Assembly: GCF_035084215.1 (NCBI RefSeq)
Contig: NC_090326.1
Location: 85,498,001 to 85,562,000, forward strand
Length of the DNA: 64,000 nucleotides
Source of the DNA: Heptranchias perlo
Lineage: Eukaryota
Direction of reading: 5' to 3'
Positions 25,500 through 36,344 of the stretch are shown here, in pieces (position 1 is the stretch's first letter; every line of letters begins with the position of its first letter). The position numbers and the translations under genes are program-made. Below the pieces are notes generated by a model. The model was not told where the DNA came from and made no database searches. It saw only the letters and a program-made list of their open reading frames with translations.

Positions 25500-25900
25500 A
25501 GAGAGAATCACATTCCTTACGGAAGGTGGAAGAACACCTACCTTGGCTGAGGAGCCCAGGGGCCTAGTCTTTAAAACAGCTATGATTAGAGAGCAGCAAT
25601 CTCGTGGAGGCAGTGGAGACGATTTCCACGTATATGGTTGAGATGTTCGACAAATGGAGAAGGCCACTATCTGCATTTGTAATGCATTGTGGCAAGTTTC
25701 CCCTGGCCTACAGAACACCCTGGAGACTGTGACAGCCCAGGAGATTTTTGCAACATCAAGACACCAGGAACAGCTTCTGATGACATTTTTGGCTTCCAGA
25801 GTGGCATTTACCAATGCTGCATTAGATACTTCGAATAGGAAACTATCACAAGATCTGGTTGGGACTATTCGGCGTGTACTGATACCGACGAGTCGCTCCT
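25500..25900 (+). pseudogene. Decayed coiled-coil region of Harbinger Myb-type accessory ORF
   Basis: EEPRGLVFKTAMIREQQ..RQMEKATICI aligns with HRGPSFKRRMIEGQQ..QRMEESNSCM (28830-28960). Confidence 0.5.
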
Positions 25901-26562
25901 CCGCATCATGTCAGCATTTACCTGTATTACTTCCGGTTTATTTCAGATCTCAACAGGACACTTAGATAGCTTTACTGCTACATTACATGTCTAAGGTGAT
26001 AAATGCTCCTGTTGGGTGAACATGTCCTTATACCTGATTGCCTGAGTCACTGCAGAAGCACATGTGACTCTCTGACCATCTGGCCATAATGGAAAGATCT
26101 TGAGTATACAGACGGTGTGTGATATCATGGGTGAAATCTCTCTTCCAATCCTAATTTTTTGCCTGGAGGTATAATGTTGCTTATCTTGTGAATGGTTGGT
26201 CCTTCATAAGTGAACAATGACAACAATTTTAATGTTAGAAAAATATTCCAAAGTGCTTACAAATGGAAACAGACACCGAGCCATAGACGAGAGAAACTGG
26301 GCTCGATTTTCAAAGGGCAGCAGGATGACAACGGGGGGGGGTCAAGGGGCATGCGGGTAACCCGACTAATAAAATCTTACCGTTTCCCATGCGATTGCAA
26401 GTTAATTGGTGGGACTTTACGTGGCTTCCGGGTTTGCCGTCCGAAAGCTGCGCAGTGGGCGGACTGCGCACCCACATGACAGGCTGTCAGCTGGAGTGGC
26501 TCTATTTAAAGGGCCATTGCTCCAAAGGCTTTTGCTGCAGCAAACACCAGGAAACACACAAT

Positions 26563-29522
26563 ATGGCGCAGCACAGGGGCAAGGCTGCTTCAAGGTTTAA
26601 CGATGCCTCGATGCAGCAGCTACTGGCCGGGGTGAGGAGGAGGAGGGAAGTCTTTTACCTCGTGGATGGAAAGAAGTGCCCTGCCCCTGTCACCAAGAAG
26701 GCCTGGCTCGAGATGGCAGAGGAGGTCACCACCAGCAGCAGCAACATCTCCCGCACCTGGATCCAGTGCAGGAAGCGCTTCAATAACCTAACTAGGTCAG
26801 CAAAAGTGAATACGCTTATTGTTTCTCCTACATTCCGTGTTCCACATCACCGCTCCCCCCGCCCCTGCCACTACTCATTCTGCACTGCCAAGACTACTCC
26901 ATCATATCAATCCTCGCACCCACTTAAGGCTCATCTTCAACTTGCCAGCACTTCCTCACCTCCCCATTAGTCACCCTGCCACTACCACTCACCCCAATCC
27001 TCATCCAATGTGATGTCTCTGTCTCAAACTCACCCTCTGATGCATCTCTTTCATGGTCAGCCTCACCCAAAGCAATGCATTCATCGGCTGACCACTTCAC
27101 CATCACTCACTCACATGTCTGTACTTTCTCCCCTTCCAGGAGAAGAGAGCTCAGGATGCATGCGAGAGGGTGAGGACTGGATGGGGACCACAGCAAATAG
27201 TGGTCCTCATGGACGTGGAGCAGGAGGCCCCGCAGACCAGCCGCACCCTCGAGTGCCTGTCTGTCGGAGACGTTGAGACTGACACCCCACAAATGTCTGG
27301 TGACACAACTTTAACATTCATCACACACAGCATGAATTGATCTTAACAATGTTTGGCATGTTGAACACCTCACCTGAGAGTAACTGCACTTGACATCAAG
27401 GCAGCATTTGACTGAGTGTGGCACCAAGGAGCCCTAGTAAAATTGAAGTCAATGGGAATCAGAGGAGAAACTCTCCAGTGGCTGGAGTCATACCTAGCAC
27501 AAAGGAAGATGGTAGTGGTTGTTGGAGGCCAATCATCTCAGTCCCTGGATATTGCTGCAGGAGTTCCTCAGGGCAGTGTCCTAGGCCCAACCATCTTCAG
27601 CTGCTTCATCAATCACTTTCCCTCCATCATAAGGTCAGAAGTGGGGATGTTTGCTGATGATTGCACAGTGTTCAGTTCCATTCGCAACCCCTCAGATAAT
27701 GAAGTGGTCCGTGCCTGCATGCAGCAAGACCTGGACAATATCCAGGCTTGGGCTGATAAGTGGCAAGTAACATTCGTGCCAGACAAGTGCCAGGCAATGA
27801 CCATCTCCAAGAAGAGAGAGACTAACCATCTCCCCTTGACATTAAACGGTATTACCATCACCGAATTCCCCCACCATCACCGAATTCCCCCACCATCAAC
27901 ATACTGGGGGTCACCATTGACCAAATACTTAACTGGACAGCCACGTAAATACTGTGGCTGCAAGAGCAGGTCAGAGGCTGGGTATTCTGTGGCGAGTGAC
28001 TCACCTCCTGACTTCCCCAAAGCCTTTCCACCATCTACAAGGCACAAGTCAGGAGTGTGATGGAATACTCTCCACTTGCCTGGATGAGTGCAGCTCCAAC
28101 AACAAGAAGCTCGACACCATCCAAGACAAAGCAGCCCGTTTCATTGGCACCCCATCTACTACCTTAAACATTCACTCCCTTCACCATTGGCACACTGTGG
28201 CTGCAGTGTGTATCATCCACAGGATGCACTGCAGCAACTCGCCAAGGCTTCTTCGACAGCACCTCCCAAACCCGCGACTTCTACCACCTAGAAGGAAAAG
28301 GACAGCAGGCACATGGGAACAACACCACCTGCACGTTCCCCTCCAAGTCACACACCATCCCAACTTGGAAATATATCGCCGTTCCTTCATCGTCATTGGG
28401 TCAAAATCCTGGAACTCCCTACCTAACAGCATTGTGGGAGAACCTTCACCTCACGGACTGCAGTGGTTGAAGAAGGCGGCTCACCACCACCTTCTCGAGG
28501 GCAATTAGGGATGGGCAATAAATGCTGGCCTTTCCAGCGACACCCGCATCCCATGAACAAATTTTTTAAAAAATGACACATCTGTGATGATGCTTAATAT
28601 TGCCTTCTGTTCTCTTATAGGCCATTCAATGACGGCAGAGGGCAATTCTTCAAAGCAGCTCCAGGCCTCTGAGGGTACATGGTCACATCTTTAGCGAGCC
28701 ACCCACCAGCTCATATACACACACTTCGGTGGGTCCTAGTGCTCAGTTTGGTTGGCAGCTGTGGAGAGTTCCCATCAGTGGGAGCACTCCTCTCCAGGGT
28801 CTGCTCAGCTGGATGCAGATCAGCTGGACACCGGGGGCCATCCTTTAAAAGGAGAATGATCGAGGGACAGCAACACATTTGCGAGGTACAGGAACAGGTG
28901 CCACGCACACTGTCCACAATAGCGCAGAGGATGGAGGAGTCCAACTCCTGCATGAGTGGAATGGTGGCACAAGTACGGGAGAGAATGTCTGCAATGGAGA
29001 GAAGGCTAGCCTCTATTGAGCTTCAAGCACGGCTCACAAATGAGTCCATTCAGGTCCTGACAACGGCCGTTTGGACTCCGGGTGAACAACATTCTGCCGT
29101 CATAAACCGACTGATAAATACTTCAGAAGTGGCCTTCCAAGGCATCACAACATGTCCTCTAAACTGTTGTCCAGCAGAGTGGTAGAAGTGATGTGGGCCC
29201 GGCTCAGGAGTGAAATGATGGTGAAAGGGGACATGGAAGTGGGGACGCCACTCAAAGTGTTCCCACGTTACACCCATTGCTCCCCTCTCAACCAGTACCC
29301 ACAATGCTGCCTCCTCTCCAGGTGGCTGAGTCTGCCCATGCACAGGTGCAGGTGGAGCAGTCTTTGGAGGGGCCCTCACGGGCTCCAAAACCCAGAGGGC
29401 GTAGGTCAAAAGCATCTAAGCAGTCAGAGCATGAACATGAGCAACCTGCCACTACCTCTGCTACAGCCAAAGGGGATGCACTGCACAGAAGTAGTAGGAA
29501 GAGAAAGAATAAGGATTTGTGA
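26563..29522 (+). pseudogene. Harbinger Myb/SANT-like DNA-binding protein gene; exons 26563-26805, 27140-27299, 28621-29522 (exon 3 frameshifted)
   Basis: RFND..LLAGVRRRREVFY..KKAWLEMAEEV..RTWIQCRKRFNNL spliced (GT 26806, AG 27139) in phase to EKRAQDACERVRTGWGP (RTGGGP-like motif); exon 3 has a coiled coil and basic tail RSSRKRKNKDL*. Confidence 0.85.
27374..28573 (+). mobile_element. 5'-truncated LINE family B inserted in intron 2 of the Myb gene
   Basis: [31 protein letters not shown]; family-B 3' end; 19-bp internal tandem duplication at ~27855-27892. Confidence 0.93.
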
Positions 29523-29620
29523 TCATGTAGGGTATGCACAAGGGTCTCTGACAGATGATCATGTTCTTCACTTATATTTGGTTTTTGTTATATTCACATT
29601 AAATGTTATAATTTTCACCA

Positions 29621-30367
29621 CTATTGCCATGTCTTGCCCATTATTGACTGGCTTTTGTGATAGCGCCATGAACGGCGACACTTGATGCCACCCATTGGCA
29701 GGGAGGTGGGTGTGTGTGGGTTGGTGGAGTGATACCCCTTTCTGTTGATGAACAGTCCTGGTTTGTGTGAAGGTGCTCGTTTTGCCATATGGGTGCAATC
29801 GATTACACCTTGCACCCGTGGGAGGCCAGCCACCGAGTGGAATTCCACTGCCCTCTCCGTCTGGCTGAGGTCGTCCATGGGGAAGTTGACGTATTGCGAG
29901 GCCCTGCGAAACAAGCCATCAGTGACCTGCCTTATGCACTTATGTGCAGATGACTGAGAGACCCCGGCGATGTCCCGGGTGGCACCCTGGAATGATCCGG
30001 AGGCGAAGAAGTTGAGGGCAGTGGTGACTTTAACAACGATGGGTAATGAGATGCCACAAGGCCTAGCCGGGAGCAGCTCGGCATGAAGGAGGCTGCAGAT
30101 GTCTGCGACCACCTGGCCACTCACTCTGAGCCTCTGTATGCACTGCTCCTCGGAGGGGTCCAGGAAGCTGAGCCTTGGTCTGTAGACCCTGTGGCAAGGG
30201 TAGTGCCTCCTGCGACGTCTCGCTCTCTGTTGTAGTCCTCTGTGCTCTTGTGCAGGTCCCTGTGGCGTAGCAATGTGTTGTGGAGCTCCAAGAGGCGGAA
30301 GTGCACGCCGTGCCGTGCGAGGATGGTGAAGTTGCTCGTCCTCAGATATACTGGTGAACGCAGCCAT
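29621..30367 (-). pseudogene. HARBI1-like Harbinger transposase, N-terminal half only (homology ends ~29718)
   Basis: VYRPRLSFLD.SEEQC, KVTTALNFFASGSFQ, GVSQSSAHKCIRQVTD, FPMD, GLPRVQGVIDCTH (first catalytic D), FINRKGYHS; GSxHD, GDxGY and catalytic E regions absent. Confidence 0.92.
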
Positions 30368-32046
30368 CGCGCACCCCCCACCCCCAACTCGTCCTGATGG
30401 TGTTAGTTTGAGGGGGTCCGAAATGTTGGGAAATATGCGTTAACAAAAGAATTCTGAGTGTAAACCAAGAATTTTCAATCCAAACACAGATCTGCCAGCC
30501 AAAAGTTTGTCTGAGAGAACTGAGTGCCCTGCTGCAATAACTCACCTTTCATCCCCATCTGTCAAACAGGAATTTAAATGTCCAACTGGCTGCTGCCTGA
30601 AACACATCTCCTTGAACATGGAGTGTTTCCCACAGCACGAGAAATATGCTGAGGCTGAATTAAAATCGCACCCCTGCCTCAATCTCCACAAAATTAATGA
30701 CTTCAACAAGATTAACGACGTGAATAAGTGATTAAGTATCATCCCGCCGGCTTTAATTGCCGGCGGGACTTCCAGATTCGTGAACAGCGCGCGCCCGCAC
30801 ACTGGTCCGTCTGTGGCCACCCCGGAAGTCAGCGGGTTGGAGCCGGCTTCCGAACCCGCTCAGGATTTTTACAATTTTCGCAGCCCCAATGCACCCGCAA
30901 TTTGATTTTAAAATCCAGCCCATTGACAGGGCAACCCAAAGGGTGTCAAAAATGTACGTGTGAAAGCTGGCCCTGTACCAGCAGATGATGTCACTGAGGG
31001 GCAGCATGTGGATGAGGAAGAGAAGGCGGCCAAGGATGGAACCTTGGAGAACTCTGGAGGTGACCGTGCAGGTACAGGAAGAGAAGCCATTGCTGGAAAT
31101 GCACGAACAATATTCGGATGGATGGATAGGATTGGAACCATGCAAGGGCAGTTGCAGTTGAAGTGTGGATGGTGGATAGCAGTATTCAAAGGAAGAGTGC
31201 TTGAGCCTGATCAAAGCGAAACATTTGTAATGTTAGTTAACAAGGGAGCCAGGAGATGAAGTTGAGTGGTCCAAAGTTGATTGGGAAGGGAATCAAAGGG
31301 GTAGATCTGGGAAAAACCAGCAAGTGATGGGGGGCTGGGTTAAGGTTGAGAGAGAGAGTGGGGCAGAGGAAACAACATAGGCAACTGCAAGAATGGTCTC
31401 AATCTTAAAAGACAAAGAAATCCAAAAGCTCTTTACACTTGTTGGAGGTGAGGGTAGGGCAATGGAGTTTGAGGAAGCAGCTTGTTGTAGGAAAAAAGAG
31501 GAGCCTCGGATTGACCCTTTGCCCTCCAGGTTGATCAGGAGCATTAGGTGGTTTTAACTGAGGACAGCAAGGTACAGTAATAACTTGACATGGTTGAGTT
31601 AGATCTGGCGATGGATGGCCAAACTAGATGTATGCTAAGTAAGCTCAAGTTTACAGCCCTCTGACTTCAGGGAATGCAAATGAGGACTACACCAGGGAGA
31701 ATGGCAGGGATGAGAGAGTGTGAATAATATGGAGGTGACAACAGTTAAACATGTCCACAGTAGCAGAGATGTTCTAGTGGGTGGAGAGCCAGAGAAGAAG
31801 GAATTTCAGATTGAATTAGTTAGGGAGCTAGGGGAAAGTTTTTTCATAGGGTCGTTGGTGAGCATAGTGAAAATGGGGAGAGGAAATAGGGCAATGTGTA
31901 CAGTAAGCAAGATGAGGAAGTGGTCTGAGAGAGCCTTGTTAATGGTTGAGATCTCTGGAATGAAGAGCCTACATGATATGGTGAGATTGAGTGGATGGCC
32001 AAGGGTGTTGGTGGGGGAGTTTACGTAATGGGTGAGATTGAGTGAA

Positions 32047-32275
32047 AGATAGAACTTGCATTTATATAGCACTTTTCACGATCTTGGGACATCACAAAGT
32101 GCTTTACAGCCAAAGAAGTATTTTTTTTGAAGTGCAGCCAATTTGCAGCCAAGGTTCCACAAATGCCAATGAAATAAATGACCAGATAAGCTGTTTGTAA
32201 TGATGGTTGAGAGATAAATGTTGGCCAGGACACACACAAATTCCTCTACTTGGGGATAGGAGGACAGAGATGTCA
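32047..32275 (-). mobile_element. 3' part of Deu-domain SINE nested in L2
   Basis: GAACTTGCATTTATATAGCAC..CAAAGTGCTTTACAGCCAA..ATGTTGGCCAGGACAC is the reverse complement of the SINE tail and Deu end. Confidence 0.8.
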
Positions 32276-32366
32276 TGGAAGAGAGTAGCTGGGGGCATTT
32301 TTAGGTTGAAGTTACTAAGCATGGGAAGATGCTCATTGTAGAGTGTGAGGAGAGAAGGGAGGTTAT

Positions 32367-32949
32367 GCTAGAACTGTATAAAACATTAGTTAGGCCACAA
32401 CTTGAGTACTGCATACAGTTCTGGTCACCACATTACAGGAAGAACATAATTGCACTAAAGATGGTACAGAGGAGATGTACAAGGATGTTGCCAGGACTGG
32501 AGAATTTTAGCTACGAGGAAAGATTGGATAGACTGGGGTTGTTCTTTTTGGAACAGAGGAGGCTGAGGGTGATTTAATTGAGGCATACAAAATTATGAGG
32601 GGCCAAGATAGAGTGGATAGGAAGGACCTATTTCCCTTAGCAGAGAGGTCAATAACCAGGGGGCATAGATTTAAAGTTATTGGTGGAAGGATTAGAGGGG
32701 AACTGAGGAATTTTTTTTTCCCCCAGAGGGTGGTGGGGGTCTGGAACTCACTGCCTGAAAGGGTGGTAGAGGCAGAAATCCTCAACTCATTTAAAAAGTA
32801 CTTGGATATGCACTTGAAGTGCTATAACCTACAAGGCTATGGACCAAGTTCTGGAAAGTGCGATCAGGCTGGATGGCTCATTTTTGGCCAGCGCAGACAC
32901 GATGGGTCAAATGACCACCTTTTGTGCCATGAATTTTCTATGATTCTAT
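32367..32949 (+). mobile_element. 5'-truncated CR1 nested in L2
   Basis: LELYKTLVRPQLEYCIQFWSP, WNSLPERVVEA, tail TTCTATGATTCTAT; 13-bp TSD GAAGGGAGGTTAT (32354-32366, 32950-32962). Confidence 0.93.
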
Positions 32950-33430
32950 GAAGGGAGGTTATCTCGTTGAGGAGTATGATATGGGGCTTGGGACAATAGT
33001 ACGCAACAAGGATTTTGAGTGATGCAGGAAGGATGGCACAGGATGAGACGCTCAAAGGAGGAAAAGATGCTCGAAGAGTTGGGGGAAAGTATGAAAAGTA
33101 GTGGAAAGTACAGCCAGTGAGGGGGAAGGAATTGCCAGCCGTGAGTCATGTTTCAGTGCCATCTTTTCATTTCTGTGCTACTTCAGAACATGCTACTTTT
33201 GCTATCTGTATGTGTGAATTTTGAACAAAGCTAAGTGCACATTTCTACTGAGCAAAGTTTATGCTCCTCAGAGCTTTTCAGCAGATTTCCTGCCAAATTT
33301 CTCCTCCTTTTGGACAATCTGAGATAAAAGTTCCTAAAAGGTATGCCTAAAGCGGTTGCCACCTACAAAAAATGAATCAGCTTTACAATTCATCATTGGA
33401 AATTTTTGATTACTTTTTCCTACATTTAGC

Positions 33431-33815
33431 TAGAAACTTAGAAACATAGAAAATAGGAGCAAGAGTAGGCCATTCGGCTCTTCGGGCCTGCTCCGCCATT
33501 CAAAATGATCATGGTTGATCGTTTAACTCAGTGCCCTGTTCCCGCTTTTTCTCCACATCCCTTGATCCCTTTAGCATTAAGAAATATATCTATCTCCTTC
33601 TTGAATACATCTAATGACTTGACCTCCACTGCCTACTGTGGTAGAGAATTCCACAGGTTCACCACCCTCTGAGTGAAGAAATTTCTCCTCATCTCTGTTC
33701 TAAATGGCATACCCCATATCCTGAGACTGTGACCCCTGGTTCTGGACTCCCCAGCCATCGGGAACATCTTCCCTGCATCCGGTCTGTCTAGTCCTGTTAC
33801 AATTTTATATGTTTC
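33431..33815 (-). mobile_element. CR1 3' fragment
   Basis: TAGAAAC(T/A)TAGAAA tail repeat; highly similar to 53553-53915. Confidence 0.9.
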
Positions 33816-34053
33816 GAAGCAGTAGTAGCCAGTAAATCACTCATAGTAATTCTGTAGATATTTCAAACCAATGATCAATGAAGCCACACTTGTTGTAAGA
33901 GGGTAGTTTTGGACATTTTTGGCAGGCTACCTGAATTTTGGAGTGACCCAAGCTAAGCCAGGCCAAATATTAACTGATTCGCTGTAAAATCATATCAGGA
34001 GTGCCTCTCTGGCCTTTGCGAACATTTACCATTTCCATAAATACACAGATATA

Positions 34054-34245
34054 AGACTGGAAATTACATTGTGTAATTATACAAATTCTTAATGCATTTC
34101 TATCAAATTCCTCAGCCCACTTATTTGATTAGGTATTAACTTATTTATTTTAAATGAGTTGATGGGTGTTAAATTAGCAGGCAGAGTAATTTGATATGAG
34201 CATGTTAACTGTCTGCACAATATCATACAGCATAATTTCTATGCT
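34054..34245. mobile_element. Degenerate fold-back MITE
   Basis: AGACTGGAAATTA vs reverse complement AGCATAGAAATTA; inner pairing TATCAAATT/AATTTGATA; flanks ATA/ATT. Confidence 0.5.
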
Positions 34246-34249
34246 ATTT

Positions 34250-34345
34250 TGGTGGCGATTTGGCTGGCACAGGGAATTAACCTTTTACCTCTGGGACCTG
34301 GCTCCGAAACCATCGCAGACTGACATGATCAAAGTTTCAACTCAA
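34250..34345 (+). mobile_element. Possible old tRNA-derived SINE head (LF-SINE-like)
   Basis: CCTTTTACCTCTGGGACCTGGCTCCGAAACC resembles anticodon arm plus B-box of tRNA-SINE heads; recalled resemblance only. Confidence 0.35.
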
Positions 34346-34975
34346 TCGAAGTGAGCACAGGCTCACAGCCTCACACTGAGAGACCATGAAGGATAATTGG
34401 TGCAGGAATCAGAAAATTTCACACTGGTGCAGTAGGGGATGCTTTTGTGACGTTGAGGATTGAAACACATTGTTGGGGGAAAGCAAAGGGAATTGAACAA
34501 TTTAACTCACTCTGCATATGTGCTATCCATGACTTAAGAATGCTTGAGAGCATTCCCCAACTTGAGCAAAAACATTCACGAGAGTGTTGTAAACTTGTCA
34601 AAATCAATTTAGAAAGTAGTTATATTATCAAGAGTATTGTACCTGTATACTTTAGTCCCATGGGGCAGATTTTCATATCTGTTGCATCCCATTTTGGTTG
34701 CAGATGGGACATAACTGAGCCATGAATTTGGGCGGAAATCAGTTCTGCCTGATTTCCTTTCAGTTTGCCCCTTGGTTGGGACTGGAGCCATTGGTGGAAG
34801 CTCCTGTCTGAAACAGATGGCCGCTTCATAAATATATGTATATATTAATGCAGCCAAAGGATGTCATTAGGAAGTTGGCACAATTTAGGTACCCCTAAAT
34901 TTGCACTTCCATCATACTACTTGCTGTGCCATGCACAGGTCCTTTTAAATGACATATAAAAAGCAACACATATAC

Positions 34976-35626
34976 TTTTTTTTTTATTCATTCATGGGAT
35001 GAAGGCATCGCTGGCAAGGCCAGCATTTATTGCCCACCCCTAATTGCCCTTGAGAAGGTGGTGGTGAGCCGCCGCCTTTGAACTGCTGCAGTCCATATGG
35101 TGAAGGTTCTCCCACAGTGCTGTTAGGAAGGGAGTTCCAGGATTTTGACCCAGCGACGATGAAGGCACAGTGATTTGTTTCCAAGTCAGGATGGTGTGTG
35201 ACTTGGAGGGGAACGTGCAGGTGGTGTTGTTCTCATGTGCCTGCTGCTCTTGTCCTTCTAGATGGTAGAGGTTGTGGGTTTGGGAGGTGCTGTTGAAGAA
35301 GCCTTGGTGAGTTGCTGTTTGCTGCAGTGCATCCTGTGGATGGTACACACTGCAGCCGCGGTGTGCCGGTGTGAAGGGAGTGAATGTTTAGGCTGGTGGA
35401 TGGGGTGCCAATCAAGCAGGCAGCTTTATCTTGGATGGTGTCGAGCTTGAGTGTTGTTGGAGCTGCACTCATCCAGGCAAGTGGAGAGTATTCCATCACA
35501 CTCCTGACTTGTGCCTGGTAGATGGTGGAAAGGCTTTGGGGAGTCAGGAGATCAGTCACTTGCTACAGAATACCCAGCCTCTGACCTGCTCTTGTACCAC
35601 AGTATTTATATGGCTGGTCCAGTTAA
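34976..35626 (-). mobile_element. 5'-truncated LINE family B
   Basis: LLTPQSLSTIYQAQVRSVMEYSPLAW, SKSWNSLPNS, family-B 3' end with A tail. Confidence 0.92.
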
Positions 35627-35631
35627 GTTTG

Positions 35632-36344
35632 ACACCTCGATTGGTAAAGCAACCCCTTTTGTCATTTTCCTGTGGACATATGTAAGCAGTAGGGTTCTGA
35701 GCATTGCAGGATTTCCCAAAGTCCAGGGTGTTATAGATTACATACAGGAAGCCCTGCATGCACCTACCCACAATTTTGCAGCCTTCATGAACTGCAAGGA
35801 TTCCAATCGTTCAATGTGCAATGACTATATGTTAAGGATTCTGCAGGTCACTGCCCACTTTCTTGGCAGCTGCTGTGGTATCTTTACTTTACACCAGTCA
35901 TCCATTATTGTATTGCTTGACCTCAAGCAACATGTGCAAAGTTGGCTCCTTTGAGACCAAGGCTACCTACTGCAAGGCTGACTAATGACACCTGTACAAC
36001 ATCAATACAGGTACAGTGAGATCCGTACTTCTATGAGAGTCATCATCAAGGAGACCTTTGGAATCTTGAAGCAATGATTCGATACATTGACAGTTTTAGG
36101 GCATCCTTTGATACAGCCTATTAAAAGTATCATGCATCATCATGGTTTACTACATGCTTCACAATTTTGCTCGGCAACGAGGATTGTACATGGCGCTGTC
36201 GGGAGAATAATGCCTTCAGCCTTACGGGGGGAAGACACTGACAACATGGACAATGCGGAGGAAAAGGATGGGGGTCCAACAGTTTTTAAAAAAAATACAG
36301 AAGATAGGAGACAGATGATGATAAACTTGTACAAAAAGGAGTGA
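35632..36344 (+). pseudogene. Decayed HARBI1-like transposase catalytic domain
   Basis: IAGFPKVQGVID, ILQVTAHFLGSC, WLL*DQGYLL..LMTP, RVIIKETFGILKQ*F, acidic tail then RRQMMINLY; stops and frameshifts. Confidence 0.85.

Larger units (their letters stand above)
26299..30921. mobile_element. PIF/Harbinger DNA transposon, two convergent genes, defective
   Basis: TIRs GGGCTCGATTTT / reverse complement GGGCTGGATTTT (11/12); 3-bp flanks ACT/ATT; host L2 3' UTR continuous across it; Myb gene (+) and transposase (-). Confidence 0.93.
26210..33155 (-). mobile_element. Long degenerate L2 LINE (EN to 3' end, with deletions) hosting a Harbinger, a SINE and a CR1
   Basis: EN: TET*L (~33150), FSSFERL, SNFNL, YVNSPT..GHPLNL, LSDHFLI; RT: VLQGSILGRLLFLIHMLPLSDII..SFHTY (30945-31080); 3' UTR 26210-26298 continues at 30922-30940. 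Confidence 0.8.

Noticed and set aside
29621-30367. Domesticated host HARBI1 / NAIF1-MSANTD gene pair
   Set aside because: Enclosed by TIRs inside an L2, catalytic half deleted, partner gene frameshifted: a transposon copy, so no gene symbol given.
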